In this document: in pieces, positions 1 through 13,189 of the stretch
Numbering within the stretch: position 1 is the first letter of the stretch
How the letters are laid out: the number at the start of each line of letters is the position of its first letter
Assembly: GCF_004010195.1 (NCBI RefSeq)
Contig: NC_057752.1
Coordinates: 14,162,521 to 14,226,520 of the forward strand
Direction: 5' to 3'
Length of the DNA: 64,000 nt
DNA from: Chiloscyllium plagiosum
Lineage: Eukaryota
Program-made: the position numbers and the translations under genes
The notes under the pieces: generated by a model
Database searches by the model: none
Seen by the model: the letters and a program-made list of their open reading frames with translations, nothing else
Told to the model about the DNA's origin: nothing

Positions 1-424
1 ACTAAGGTCCTTTCATGTCCCCTCCTTGCTGCTTTTGCTCTCTCTTCAGGTCCTTCCTGGCTATCTTATAACTCTCAATCGCCCCAATTGAACCTTCACG
101 CTTCATCTTTACATAGGCCGCCCTCTTCCATTTAACAAGGGATTCCAATTCCTTATTAAACCACGGCTCCCTCACACGACCCTTTCCTCCCTGCCTGACA
201 GGTACATACTTATCAAGGACACTCAATAGTTGCTCCTTGAACAAGCTCCACATATCAATTACGCCCTTGCCTTGAAGCCTACTTTTCCAAGCCACGCATC
301 CTAAGTCATGCCTCACCGCATCATAATTTCCCTGCCCCCAGCTATAACTCTTGCCCTGCAGTGCACACTTATCCCTCTCCATCACTAGAGTAAAAGTCAC
401 CGAATTGTGGTCACTGTCCCCAAA
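1..424 (-). mobile_element. CR1-type LINE ORF2 fragment (region between endonuclease and RT)
   Basis: ORF 2..400 contains ..MWSLFKEQLLSVLDKYVPVR..REPWFNKE.., typical of CR1 ORF2. Confidence 0.8.
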
Positions 425-695
425 TTGACCAATGTATTCCTTACTGAATCATAGAATCCCAACAGTGTGGGAGTAGGCTCTTCTGTCCATTGACCTCACA
501 CCGACCCTCCAAAGAGCATCCCACCAGATCCAACCCCCTATGAGTAAAAGTCACCGAATTGTGGTCACTGTCCCCAAATTGACCAATGTATTCCTTACTG
601 AATCATAGAATCCCAACAGTGTGGGAGTAGGCTCTTCTGTCCATTGACCTCACACCGACCCTCCAAAGAGCATCCCACCAGATCCAACCCCCTAT
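388..695 (+). repeat. Perfect 154-bp tandem duplication (388-541 / 542-695)
   Basis: Both copies read gagtaaaagtcaccgaattg...gatccaaccccctat with no difference I could find. Confidence 0.9.
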
Positions 696-754
696 TCCTG
701 TAACCTTGCGTTTTCCATAGTTAACCTACACATCCCTGTAGACTATGGGTAACC

Positions 755-982
755 TTGAAACTTTATTGCTGGAACAGCACAGCAGGTCAGGCAGCATCCA
801 GGGAACAGGAGATTCGACGTTTCGGGCACAGGCCCTTCTTTAGGAATTCTTCAGGCCCTGAAGAAGGGCCTGTGCCCGAAACGTCGAATCTCCTGTTCCC
901 TGGATGCTGCCTGACCTGCTGTGCTGTTCCAGCAATAAAGTTTCAACTTTGATCTCCAGCATCTGCAGACCTCACTTTCTCC
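755..982. mobile_element. Short palindromic Penelope-derived element with TSD
   Basis: 86-bp perfect inverted arms (755-840 / 861-946). TSD actatgggtaacc at 742-754 and 983-995. Same terminal sequence as the GIY-YIG-bearing elements at 17785 and 42986. Confidence 0.85.
858..885 (+). ncRNA. Minimal hammerhead-ribozyme core (PLE family A)
   Basis: CTGAAGA-A-GGGC-ctgt-GCCC-GAAA-C-GTC: CUGANGA box, 4-bp stem II, GAAA, palindromic ACGT stem III and GUC cleavage triplet. Activity is untested. Confidence 0.7.
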
Positions 983-3167
983 ACTATGGGTAACCTTCCA
1001 TGGCCAATCCACCTAACCTGCATATCTTTGGACTGTGGGAAGAAACCAGAGCACACAGACATGGGGAGAACATGCAAACTCCACACAGTCACCCAAGGCT
1101 GGAATTGAACTCTGGTTCCTAGAGCTGTGAGGCAGCAGTGCTAGCCACTGTGCTGCCCATACCAAGATCCACTGCTTCTGTCCCAAGATCCATTGCTTCA
1201 GTGTAGACAACAGATCTATTTTTTCTTACGAGGTTGAAATAGTCAATAAAATCATGAATGATTCTAGCATGTTTTTGGTAACACTTGATAGTTGGCCTAT
1301 GACCTCCCAGACATCACCCAAGTGGCTGTTGCTTATGTGAAAGTCTAGGCAACGAATGGTTCTGTATTATCGACTCTGGGGGCGAGTCTGAGTTGGTGCT
1401 CACCCAGGTGCAACGGTCTTTCAGCAATCCTGAGCACAGTATGGGTTTCCCTCCCTGAGCACGAGTGCTGAGGCCAACACAGGGTGAGATCAGTTAACAG
1501 ACTAGGGACTCTTGACCACACTGCAACATCGATGGACAGGCATGAGACTGTATGACCGCTTTAAACTAAGTGAGTTCCCCTTCAATCATTTGGCATTGTC
1601 AATAAAATCGTTGCCAGCATTGTAACTTTGCTCAGGAATTGTCGCTGCTTCACAGAGCGATGCCGTGCAAAATTTACACGGTCCCTTTAAATGGGGAAAT
1701 GCTGCAATGACAGAGTGGGTCTTTAAAGTCAAAAGTAGCAAGCCACAAATATGACCAACTGGCCAGTGAGCGATTGCACAACACAATAAGCCCTTTAAAC
1801 ACTGAACTTTCCTGGCATAACGCCAAAATCAAATCTGTTTTTCATCACGTAACATTGACAACACAGATATTCAGTACAGCTGTGACACTGAATCTTAGCA
1901 AGGGGTAGAGTAAGGGGTGGGGGGGGGCGGGTGCGGGTAGCGGTGGGGGATTAGTGAAAAGAGAACCAAGATAGTTGTTTTGCAGATGTTCTGGCATCTT
2001 ACCAATGACCAGTTGCTTGGCAACAACATATTGTCCCCTCTTTGTCACATGAGCATTTTTTGCTCAGGTGAAGATGATCTTGAATGTTCGGTTTAACACT
2101 TACAGTTCATATGAATGAAAATCTTTACATAATGCTCGCTGTGATACCATCATACAGCACATTTCTTTATGAATCTCGGACAACTAAAGAAGATAAATAG
2201 AAAGACTTTCTATGGTAGACCTCTCAATTTCTTTTGCAGCTTCTGAAGACTGAGTGTTAACACTGGCCTCTGAGGTCAAATCTAACATAGATAGATGCAA
2301 AGTCATCTCTCTGTAGGAATACCCATCATGTAAATATTGATGCACTGTCCTGCTCACCCTGAAAGGTGGTGTCAGAATTGAAAAAAGTTACATTGGTTTA
2401 CCACATCTGAGAATAAGGATGAGATGTTTGGGCAAAAGAGAGCTGTTTGAAGAACCCTACAACCCAATATGTCAGTGCTGAATGTTACTGCACTAGATAA
2501 ACATGTGAGAAGTTGTTTTGCCTTCGCCCATATTCTCAGCTAGTCCAACCTTTCTAGCTTTACAAAGGCAGATTGATTGGGTTGGGTTTCTGGGTTATTG
2601 GTTTTGAACGTATTCAGCCCTCCGTTCTGTAATGTCAGAACATTTCATCAGATGGTGCGAAAGTTTGTCAGAAACGTAGGGCCTCTGCGAACAAAGTGCA
2701 ATTTGAATTGGAAAGAGACTGACAGTGAAGAGCACTGTATGGCTATTCGAGCTCTCACGCACTACTGAAATGTTCCATTCCAACTGTTTGTAGGAACACC
2801 ACTGCTTGAGCCAATACCCTGAATTTTCTTGTTTGCCTGGAGTTTTGAATGCATCATTCTGTGCATACCTCCTCCTCCTGGCTTCTTCACGGTGCCAAGC
2901 TCATCAAACTCATTTTTAACCTCAAAACAATGGATTCCTCACATCATCCTTCAAACTGCAGGCTTTTATACTCCAGTTTTGGTGCAACTTAACCAATATT
3001 TCATGACTCATTGTTCTCTGTACCCTAACCCTAACTTTGGAGAGAATTCAAATTTACAATCCAGTGCTCAGATTCAGTTGAACTTGTCATAATTCGTGAA
3101 CTGGCTCTACAAAATTCACAAGCCTGACCAGGCAGATTAAATGGAAATGGATAGGAGCTGAAATCCT

Positions 3168-4062
3168 ATAGAACCTAGAACATTCCAGCACAGTACAGGT
3201 CCTTTGGCCCTTGATGTTGCGCCGACCTGTGAACCCAATCTGAAGCCCATCTAACCTACACTATTCCATTTTCATCCATATGTTTATCCATTTAAATGCC
3301 CTTAAAATTGGTGAGTCTACTACTGTTGCAGGCAGTGCGTTCCACGCCCCTACTACTCTCTGAGTAAAGAAACCACCTCTGACATCTGTCCTATATCTAT
3401 CACCCCTCAATTTAAAGCTATGTCCCTTCGTGCTAGCCATCGCCATCTGAAGAAAAAGGCTCTCCAGCCTATCTAACTTTCTGATTATCTTATATATCTC
3501 AATTAAGTCACCTCTCAACCTTCTTCTCTCTAACAAAAACAGCCTCAAGTCCCTCAGTCTTTCCTCATAAGACCTTCTCTTCATACCAGGCAACATCCTT
3601 GTAAATCTCCTCTGAGCCCTTTCCAATGCTTCCACATCCTCCCTGTAATGTGGTGACCAGAACTGTACGCAGTACTCCAAGTGTGACCGCGCCAGAGTTT
3701 TGTACAGCTGCAGCATGACCTCATGGCTCCGAAACTCAACCCCTCTACCAGAAAAGCTAACACACCATATGCCTTCTTAATAAGCCTATCAATTTGGGTG
3801 GCAACTTTCAGGGATCTATGTACCTAGACACCGAGATCTCTCTGCTAATCCACGCTACCCGAGAATCTTACCATTAGCCCAGTACTCTTTATTCCTGTTG
3901 CTCCTGCCAAAGTGAATCACCTCACACTTTTCCACATTAAACTCCATTTGCCACCTCTCAGCCCAGCTCTGCAGCTTATCTATGTCCCTCTGTAACCTAC
4001 AACATCCTTCTGCACTATCCACAACTCTACCGACCTTAGTGTCATCTGCAAATTTACTAATG
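3168..4062 (-). mobile_element. 5'-truncated CR1 LINE
   Basis: ORF 3261..3716 [27 protein letters not shown] is the CR1 ORF2 C-terminus; short tandem tail near 3170. Confidence 0.9.
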
Positions 4063-5105
4063 TACTTTGACTGTTGGTGACAGTTCTAGACTGTCTTATT
4101 AAATATGCTAGCTTCAAATTGATATCAGTGGCTATTTAGCAGAAGATTGTGACCCATCGATTGTGACCTATCATTGTCCATTTATCATTATTATCCATTG
4201 ATGGATTATCACCGTATCTCTGCTGGTCTCATTATATCCCGCACTGCTTTTCCACATTGTTCTCACTTATCCTCAGTTAAGGCTCAACCCTAATGACAAC
4301 AAGAATTTCATCACCATCAGTGTCAAAAACAACATGCCCTTGTCTTCCCCAAGATGGAGTCTTCTTCGAATCTTCCGTCATGCTCATTGGCCAAGCTAGT
4401 TGTGATTAAATTGAGCCACAGACTTCAACATGAGCAACATGACACAACCTATTTACCCAGCAAGATAGGTCCAATCTAAACTCTTCCACACACCTTGCTT
4501 GTTGATAACTGCATCCTACTTCCCTATAGAATAGAGTTCAAGACCCTAGTTTATCCCCCATTGCCCCATCAATCACCTAATCATCTTCAAGATGGTACCT
4601 CATTCTGCAGAGTGTTGTCAAGAGATGCTTGAGGCTGTTGACTATCTTCAGCATGGAGCTAGCTCCTGGGCTGTTATAATGTCCACACACTTGCCCTGCT
4701 GGCTATGAGGTGTGCAGTTGTGATACGGAACAGGAACCATAGCGGGCACTGTATTGTTTGCTCCTCCTCAATCCAGTAATGTGCCAATTTGGGTGTGTTT
4801 GTTTCACTCTGATTTACATCAGCCCATATGCTGAGAACTGAATCTATCACCTTATTGGCTATTTTACAGAAAGGGCAATTCATTTCTCGACTGAAACGCT
4901 TGTGGGTGGATGGAAGAGTGGGGAGGGGGAACAGGTATTATAATATTGAATCCAATTTCAACTGAAACATTCAACCTTCTCAGTGTAGCTATGTGCGCAG
5001 AAAGCTGTGCATGTGTGGATTTCCAACCTTCTTGATACTGCACTTGGTAGCTCTGTCAACTTCCACGGTAACCTCCTCACTGATGACCTTCATTTGTTTC
5101 CATAG

Positions 5106-5235
5106 CGCACGGTTCAGAAAAATGCCAAGTACGTCTGCTTGGCAAACAAAGACTGTCCCGTGGATAAACGGCGACGGAACCGATGCCAGTTTTGCCGCTT
5201 TCAGAAATGCCTTGCTGTAGGCATGGTCAAAGAAG
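5106..5235 (+). CDS. NR4A1: NR4A nuclear receptor exon: second zinc finger of the DNA-binding domain
   Basis: Acceptor tttccatag| and donor |gtaag; 130 nt. Translates [43 protein letters not shown](V). NKD and CQF are NR4A1-type residues (NR4A2 has NKN and CQY). Family call is near-certain; paralog call is less so. Confidence 0.95.
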
Positions 5236-6585
5236 GTAAGCATTTGGATGATTCTCGCCTTGCACAAATTTACATAATGTTGTTGGTCAACCACCATTTC
5301 ATTTGTCACATCTGCCTCTCAACAATGGTCTAATTCTAGACACCTAGTGCACAGCATTTTGCTATGATGTAAAGTATAAGTGAATGCAACTATATTACAA
5401 AAATAAGATTTTTTTGCCCTTGAGAATCCAAGCCACTTCTTTACATTTTCCCTTGAGGCATTTTTGCAATGGGGAAGTAACAGTTTCAGAATCTGCTGCC
5501 TCCCAGCCTTTATTATCATCTGTCAGGTTTTGTCCTACATGCCTCCCTGGTAAGTTACTGATCTATGCTTTGGTGGTTTGCCTTCAATCATAATTATACT
5601 CCCCATAGTTCAGACAAAGCTATTCGAGACCCAGGGTCCCGTATAACACTATTAGCAGTATCAGGGAAATGGCTACAAGGAGGTCAATTTTCAGCAGACT
5701 GATTTGATGCTGATAACCAGAAAAATGCCAAAACAGTGTGCTGGGCACCCTGAGGATGAACATGTGGCAGGTAGGGTGTAGTAAGAACATCCTTTCTAGT
5801 TATAGTGGAACAAATGAATATTGGACCATGAGGTGGAAATTTAACCTCTTGAGCCTATTCTGCCGCTCAATTTGATCATGGCTGATCTGTATCTTAACTT
5901 CATCTGCCGCCTTGGGTCTTTACACATTAATACTGTTGCCTAACAAAAAACTCTATCTCAGTTTTGACGTTTTTCTTGGCTCAACAGCATTTTTTGTAGA
6001 AGGAGCAAGTTCCAGATTGCCATTCCTAATTGTGTGATAAAGTGCTTCCTGACATTGCTCCCTGAATGGCCCAGTTCAAATTTTAAGGTTCTATTCCACT
6101 CTCCTACCAGGTTTCTCTTAAGCAACCCTTTGAAATTCTTCAGTCAACATAAACTCTTCAATTAGATCACATCTTGAAATGCTTGCTAGCCTGAAGGTTA
6201 AGTAAAACCATTGAATTAGAATCTTTGCTGCCCGGTTGCTTACAACCACCCAGAGATGTATATGCACCTTGCTCTTTCGAGGTAACAGCTGGCTTATGAA
6301 CTTTTAGGAAACATACTTTGTCACAAACTTGAAGGAGAGTTACCAGCGCAATGGCTAAACTGCAGTTTGCACAATAGCAGTACTTTCTCTTGCATCTTTG
6401 AACTGTTTAAAACTGAGTGATGTTGCGTTGAGAATCCTGATGGACATGTAGGCCTCGCACCATTTTAGTATCTCCTCCTCCATAACTGCTATCATCTTTA
6501 CATTCAACACTTGTCTTCCAACATCTAGTCCTTTTGAAGAACCTTTCTCTCCCCTAAAAATTAAGAGCAAATGCCTATTTTATAA

Positions 6586-6691
6586 TACAACACCAGGTTA
6601 TAGTCCAACAGGTTTATTTGGAAGTACTGTTGGATTGTAACCTGGTGTTGTGTGATTTTTAACTCAGTCCAACACCAACACCTCCTCATCA
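6586..6691. mobile_element. Short inverted-repeat PLE-derived element (family B), hammerhead absent
   Basis: Arms acaacaccaggttatagtccaacag / ctgttggattgtaacctggtgttgt; flanked by tattttataa at 6576-6585 and 6692-6701; same family as 16030 and 48308. Confidence 0.6.
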
Positions 6692-7790
6692 TATTTTATA
6701 ACAAACAGAGAATTGCTTTATCAATTGCTAAGGTGTTGGCACTCTAATACAGTCAATTTATGTCTTGACTCCCCTGCTCCCCCCCCCCCCCCCCTGTTTT
6801 GTCTCCATGCCTTCTGTTCTGGTAGCACAGTTTGGGTGTTGCTAAATCCCAGAACTCAAGGCTGGTGCTAACAAAAGCAGAAGTCCGTAAAAGATGCTCT
6901 TCATAGCACATGGAGAATGCATGAATAAGACTGTTTTCCTTCTGTGCATTGTGGTAAGCTATTATACACATTGGGATCGCTCTCAGTTGTGAACATCCAA
7001 GCCACTTACTTAGCATGAGTCCACTTGACTGAGCGTGTAAGATGTGTATCATGCAACAAAGTGGCTGTGCTTCACATAACTTGTACTGCTCATTGAGGCA
7101 ACCGGAAAAGCTCACTTCAAAGGGGAAGCCTTGCGGGTACTTTCCAGGTTGTGACAGGAGGCTTCAGAGGGAAGCAAGAGGCCCTCTTAACACCATAAGG
7201 AAGGAGTGAGCACTGGGCTTTGCCATCTGATATTAAGAGGGTCAGCAGTGCTCTTCAAGGCCAGCTGGACAAACCTGAAGAAAAGGGGTAAGATACGAGC
7301 CATGTGTGAATTAACTGGGTAGCCCATAGGTAGTTTGGAAGAGAGTTGCTTGAATAGCACTACAGAAAGAATAATTCACATGAATAGTGTGGAGGTGGAG
7401 CACAAAAGATAATTGTTTTGAAGTAAAAAGACCACTCTCCTTGCAAGAGAAAGTAGCCTATTAGAGGAAATAATATTGGTGACCTGGTAATGATTCTGAA
7501 CCAAACCGAGGCTCTTGACATTTTGGGGGCTGTTGCTGTTGGCATCAGGAACACAGAGGTCGAAGGAGATGATTAAACTCTTGGTTTGACAAGTTGCATT
7601 CTCACACAACATTTCATACTCCTCAGAATCAAATCCAGTGACTTTTCAAAGCCATCGCATTGATTTTCCTTTTGGACAGCTCCGTTTTAATGCTGGCAGT
7701 CCACGCTCTGTGAAGTGGTCTCAGAAGCAAACCTCCCACACAAAATCAGAAATTGCTGGAAAAACTCAGCAAATCTGACAACATCTATGA

Positions 7791-8409
7791 CATACAGTCA
7801 TAGAGTCATACAGCATGGAAACAGACGTTTCGGTCTAACTTGTCCATGCCAACCAGATATCCTAACCTAATCTAGTCCCATTTGCCAGCACATGGTCCAT
7901 ATCCCTCTAATCCCTTCCTATTCATATACCCATCCAGATATCTTTTAAATGTTATAATTGTACCAGTCTCCACCTCTTCCTCTGGCTGCTCATTCCGTAC
8001 GTGCACCACCCTCTGTGTGACAAAGTTGCCCCTTGGGTCTCTTTTATATTTTTCCCCTCTCACCTTAAATCTATGCCCTCTAGTTTCGGACTCCCCTACC
8101 CCAGGGAAAAGACGTTGGCTATTCACCCTATCTATGCCCCTCATGATTTTATAAACCTCTATAAGGTCACCCCTCAGCCTCCAGGGAAATAGTCCAGCCT
8201 ATTCAGCCTCTCCCAATAGCTCAAACCCTCCAACCTCGGCAACACCTTTGTAAATCTTTTCTGCACTCTTTCAGGTTTAACAACATCTTTCCTAAAGCAG
8301 GGAGATTAGAAATTAATGCTTTATTCAAAACGTGGCCTCACCAATGTCCTGTACAGCCATAACATGACATCCCAACTCCTGTACTCAATGCACTGACTAA
8401 TAAAGGCAA
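7791..8409 (-). mobile_element. 5'-truncated CR1 LINE nested in a PLE-derived element
   Basis: ORF 7872..8144 RGHRFKVRGEKYKRD..QRVVHVRNE; tail reads gtcatagagtcatacag on the + strand. Confidence 0.9.
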
Positions 8410-8444
8410 GAGAAATGGAGTTAACGTTTTGAGACCAATGACTC

Positions 8445-9920
8445 CTTGTGGCATCCTTAAATACAGGTGAGGTGCCAGAGGACTGGAGGGTTGCTCATGT
8501 TGTCCCCCTGTACAAGAAGGGTAGTAGGGATATTCCGGGTAACTACAGACCAGTGAGCCTGACGTCGGTGGTGGGAAAGTTGCTGCCGAAGGTACTGAGG
8601 GATAGGATCTATTTATATTTAGAAAAGAATGGGCTTATCAGTGATAGGCAACATGGTTTTGTGCAGGGGATGTCGTGCCTTATCAACTTAATAGAGTTCT
8701 TCGAGGAAGTGACCAAGTTGATAGATGAAGGAAGGGCTGTTGATGTCATATACATGGACTTTAGTAAGGCGTTTGATAAGGTTCCCCATGGTAGACTAAT
8801 GGAGAAAGTGAAGTCATTTGGTGTGCAGGTTGTTCTAGCTAGGTGGATAAAAAACTGGTTGAGCAACAGGAGACAGAGAGTAATAGTTGAAGGGAGTTTC
8901 TTGAAATGGAGAAAGGTGACCAGTGGTGTTACACAAGAGTCAGTATTGGTGCCACTGTTGTTTGTAATATACATAAATGATCTGGAAGAGGGCACTGTTG
9001 GTATGATCAGCAAGTTTGCAGATGACACGAAGATTGGTGGAGTAGCAGAAAGCATAAGGGACTGTCAGAGAATACAGGAGGATATAGATAGACTGGAGAG
9101 TCAAGCAGAAAAGTGGCAAATGGCTTTCAATCCAGGCAAATGTGAGGTGATGCATTTAGGCAAGTCTAATTCCAGAGCAAATTATACAATGAACGGGAGA
9201 GCCTTGGGAAACGTTGATGGGCAGAGAGATCTGGGAGTGCAGGTCCATTGTACCCTAAAGGTTGCTGCACAGGTGGAGAGAGTATGCTTGCCTTCATTGG
9301 ACTGGATATTTAGTATAAGAGCTGGCAAGTCATGTTATCATTGTACAAGACATTGGTTCAGCCGCATTCAGAATACTGTGTGCAGTTCTGGACACCACAT
9401 TACCAAAAGGATGTGGACGCTTTGGAGAGGATGCAGAGAAGGTTTATGAGGATGTTGCCTGGTAGGGAAGGTGCGAGCTATGAAGAAAGGTTGAGTAGGT
9501 TAGGTTTATTTTCATTTGAAAAAAGGAGATTGAGGGGGGACCTGATTGAGGTTTATAAAATCATGAAGGGTATAGACAGGGTGGATAGAGATAAGCTTTT
9601 TCCCAGGGTGAAGGATTCACTAACGAGAGGTCACGCTTTCAAGGTGAGAGGTGGAAAGTTTAAGGGGGATACAAGCGGCAAGTACTTCACACAGAGGATG
9701 GTGGATGTTTAGAACGCGTTGCCAGGAGAGGTGGTAGAGGCAGGCACGGTAGATTCATTTAAGATGCGTCTGGACAGATGCATGAATAGTTGGGGAGCAG
9801 AGGGATACAGATGCTTAGGAATTGACTGACAGGTTTAGACAGTACATTTGGATCGGCTCAGACTTGGAGGGCCGAAGGGCCTGTTCCTGGGCTGTAAAGT
9901 TTCTTTGTTCTTTGTTCTTT
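8445..9920 (+). mobile_element. CR1 LINE with reverse-transcriptase domain, frameshifted and 5'-truncated
   Basis: ORF 8448..9449 has VPEDWR, GNYRPVSLTS, QHGF, YMDFSKAFDKVPH, YINDL and KFADDTK; it continues in another frame (9332..9712). (ttctttg)n tail; tgactc on both flanks. Confidence 0.95.
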
Positions 9921-10574
9921 GACTCTTCTTCAGACAAGGGTCACTAGACTTGAAACATTAACTCTGTTTCTCTCTTTACACAGATGCTGCCAGACTTGCT
10001 GAGTTTCTCCAGCAATTTCTGTGTTTGTTTCAGTTCTTCAGCATCTGCAGTTCTTTGTTATAAGTAAATCTCTTTGTTGTTTGGGCAGGTCAATAAATGT
10101 GATCCTGCCAGTGACTCCATCCAGTCATGTGAGGATAAATTAAGAAAGAAAATGCTGATGGAATATTTAGATCATCACAAGCCAATGTCCACATGGCCAT
10201 TGCTATGAATTGGATACTGTTCTGCTTGTCCAGTGTAAAAGGCAGCTCCCGTAGGAAAGGCTGTCCTCAACTTGAAGTGAAGATTGGCCTCAGCCACAAA
10301 ATAAACTGGAACTACATTACTCTTCCAAAACAATGAACAGCTTTCAGTGGTTAATATTTCATTGAAAACGGGGGTCAATTTAGCTCGGTTAGACTGGAAA
10401 GCAGTGCGATGTTGACAGCGTGGATTCAATCCCCACACCGCTGAGGTTACCATGACGGACTCTCCTCCTCAACCGAGGTGTGGTGGTCAGTTTAAACCAC
10501 CACCCGTCTCTAATGAGAAAGCAGTTGGTCAGACTATAGTGACTTGACTTCATTGAAATAGGTGGACAAACAAC

Positions 10575-10872
10575 ATAGAATCGCTACAGTATGGAAGCAG
10601 GCCATTCAGTCCACACCAACTCTCCAAAAAGCATGCTACCTGAACACACACCCCTACCCTATAAACCCTGCATTTTTCAGAACTGCACATCCCTGGACAC
10701 TAGGGGCAATTTCCCATAGCCAATTCACCTAACCTGCACATCCTTGGACTGTGGGAGGAAACCCACGCAGATGCTTGGAGAATTTCACAGAGACAGCTGC
10801 CTAAGGATGGAATTGAGTCCAGGTCCCTGGTGCTGTGAGACAATAGTGCTAACTGCTGAGCCACCGTGCCAC
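10575..10872 (-). mobile_element. HE1-type V-SINE
   Basis: ctgagccaccgtgcc head, cctaacctgcacatc internal repeat and catagaatc tail on the + strand. Confidence 0.75.
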
Positions 10873-13189
10873 ACCAGTGTTTTGACAGACTTTATATTAC
10901 AGATTATCTTTGTTTAAGATGTAGACGTGCACACCAGATTTCACTAGGTTCCAGTGAACACATGCTTAATTTCATACTGAGCTTCTGATGCACCCTGACT
11001 ATACTTCAAATGTAACAAATGCTTTGAAATTTCAACAACTTCCCATAACTTGGAACACACTTGTGCATAATGAAGCTTTCAATGTATATGCTTGGTATTC
11101 ACCCAGACCGTTTGTTTCGAAGCAGCCGTGAGCAACTCAGCAGTTGGCTGACGATCAAGATTGCCAGTGGAGGATTGTACAGAGAAATAAAAGATAAGCA
11201 GTCGCTTATGGTTAGAGAGGAGACACACCTCTGGCCTGTCACAGATTCATCTTTGCTGCTTCTCTGATCTCACAACCTTTGGATGGGAAAGCCAACTCCT
11301 TAAGTTGTCATCAACATGACTTGAACCAAGCATCAGCCCACACATGTCAGAAGATGTTTAGTGAGGTTGAGGAGGCATCGAGTGAGTTGCGGTCCACTGG
11401 GGGCAGATTACAAATCCTTGCTTTGCTTTGCAGTTTTACTTCTACAGCATGGGCTTACCAGTGGAGGATTTTGCACAACCAGGAACTGCATGTGAACTGC
11501 TTATCTCCTTGTGAAGCACAGTGGAAGCTGGCCCTGGTAGCACCATGGTTTTGAGGGCTCATTTAGACACTGCCATGGAGAGACAGCTATCTATTCTGCA
11601 GACAGCCACTGAGTAGCAACATCAGTGGTTGTCTGTGAGGAGTGACTTTGATCACAGAGACGCTTAGATTATCTCTTACAGAAGCTTTTACTCGTTCAGC
11701 TTGAATAAAGGCTTGCATCCACATGCTTGTGAGATGCTAAGGCAATGCATAGCAATCCAGATCCCACAGGGATTAGCATTTTTAGCATTGGCATTTTTAT
11801 CGCACACAGGTGGCAAAACTGAAGCACATGGTGTCTCAGCTGTGCCAATTCCTTGCCATCATGCACCTCTGGGCAAAGAAAGATCCACACTGACAACAAG
11901 CAGCCCCACACAGCTGCCCACATACATGGCAAGTGTTTCCAGCAGGAAAGGACCTTTTGTAGGACTTTTTGTCTTTCAGTTACATTGAGTGAGTGAGAGC
12001 CGGGCCTGTGAGGATATCTTGCAGCAACCCAGCATGGCCTTGCATTCGGTGTGAGTCACTGTGCATTGGGCACAGTTTTCACATCTGCTGGAATAAAAAC
12101 ATTTTCTTGAAATATTGGCGTCAGAGGGTTTGTTTTTGGCTCGGCAATCTTCAGAAAATCATTTTGGATTGAACGTGCAGCCGACAGCAAAGATGCTAAG
12201 AAGCTAAGATAGGTGAGCAAGTGAAATTTGCACTGTTCATTTGTCAGGACCTCCAGAGACAAATTTGTTGGCGACAGCCTGATGTATTGGTTTGATTTCC
12301 CTGGTTGGGCTACTCCATTGCTGATGTTTCCTCAGGCTTACATGATTCAATTCTGCTTTTGAGCAACTTCCACAGTCTTGTTAGTTTCCCTTGTGACACT
12401 TGGCAATATCTGCGTGTTAAGCAGCCAATTCTGTCTGGTAGAAGGGAGCCCTCCACGGTTGAAACGTGATACAATATTTCAACCCCGCAAGCGTCTCTGC
12501 TCTGATTATTTTGCCCTCTAAATTCACTCCCTCCACCTTTATCTTGCCTTGTCTCCTACACACAGGAGCTGCAGCCATGCTAGTGGCTGATATTGGCCTT
12601 CAATCTATCGTAGAGCACATGGTGGCTGTAACGTGTGTGAGGAGCTCCTTTGGAACTATGCAGAATCCACGAAGGTGCTGTTGTAGCATTTGGATATCCA
12701 GAAAGTAATGATTCTGCCTGAGTGCAGTCCAGTGCATCCTATGTGCAGGCAATGACGCAAACCTGACTGAATTGGGGCTGAATCTATATCATATAATGAA
12801 GTCGGCAGTTCCAGAGTTTTGAGTCTCTCCAATCTTGCGGCAGTGATGAGATAAGTACAATGCACAGGAGGCTAGAGTTGGACAAATCCAGAGATTTCAG
12901 AAAGCTGTGGGGCTGGAGGAAGTTATACAGATAGCCTGGGATGAGGCCATAGAGAGATCAGAACACAAGGTTGGAGAGCTTTGGACTGGAGATGTCACAG
13001 CTCGTTCAGCATTGACAATGCAGAGGGTTCAGGGCGAGGAGTGGGGGAATAGAGTTAAGCATGTGCAGACACTGAACCTGTATATTTGTCAAACAGCAGC
13101 TTATGGGTGAGGAACTGGTGTGGAGGGGACGGTAGGTGTGGACAAGGATATAGCTCAAGACATTGGGAGTACAAAGGGGTGGGAGTTGT

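Larger units (their letters stand above)
597..1157 (-). mobile_element. HE1-type tRNA-derived V-SINE interrupted by a palindromic PLE-derived insert
   Basis: The minus strand reads gggcagcacagtggctagcactgctgcctcacag...gtggagtttgcatgttctcccc..., with a CR1-like tail. Confidence 0.8.

Noticed and set aside
4989..5309. 106-aa antisense ORF
   Set aside because: It is a shadow of the NR4A zinc-finger exon on the opposite strand.
8448..9449. Potentially active reverse transcriptase gene
   Set aside because: It is 5'-truncated with no endonuclease, frameshifted near 9280 and has a degenerate VTQES motif; it is a dead copy.
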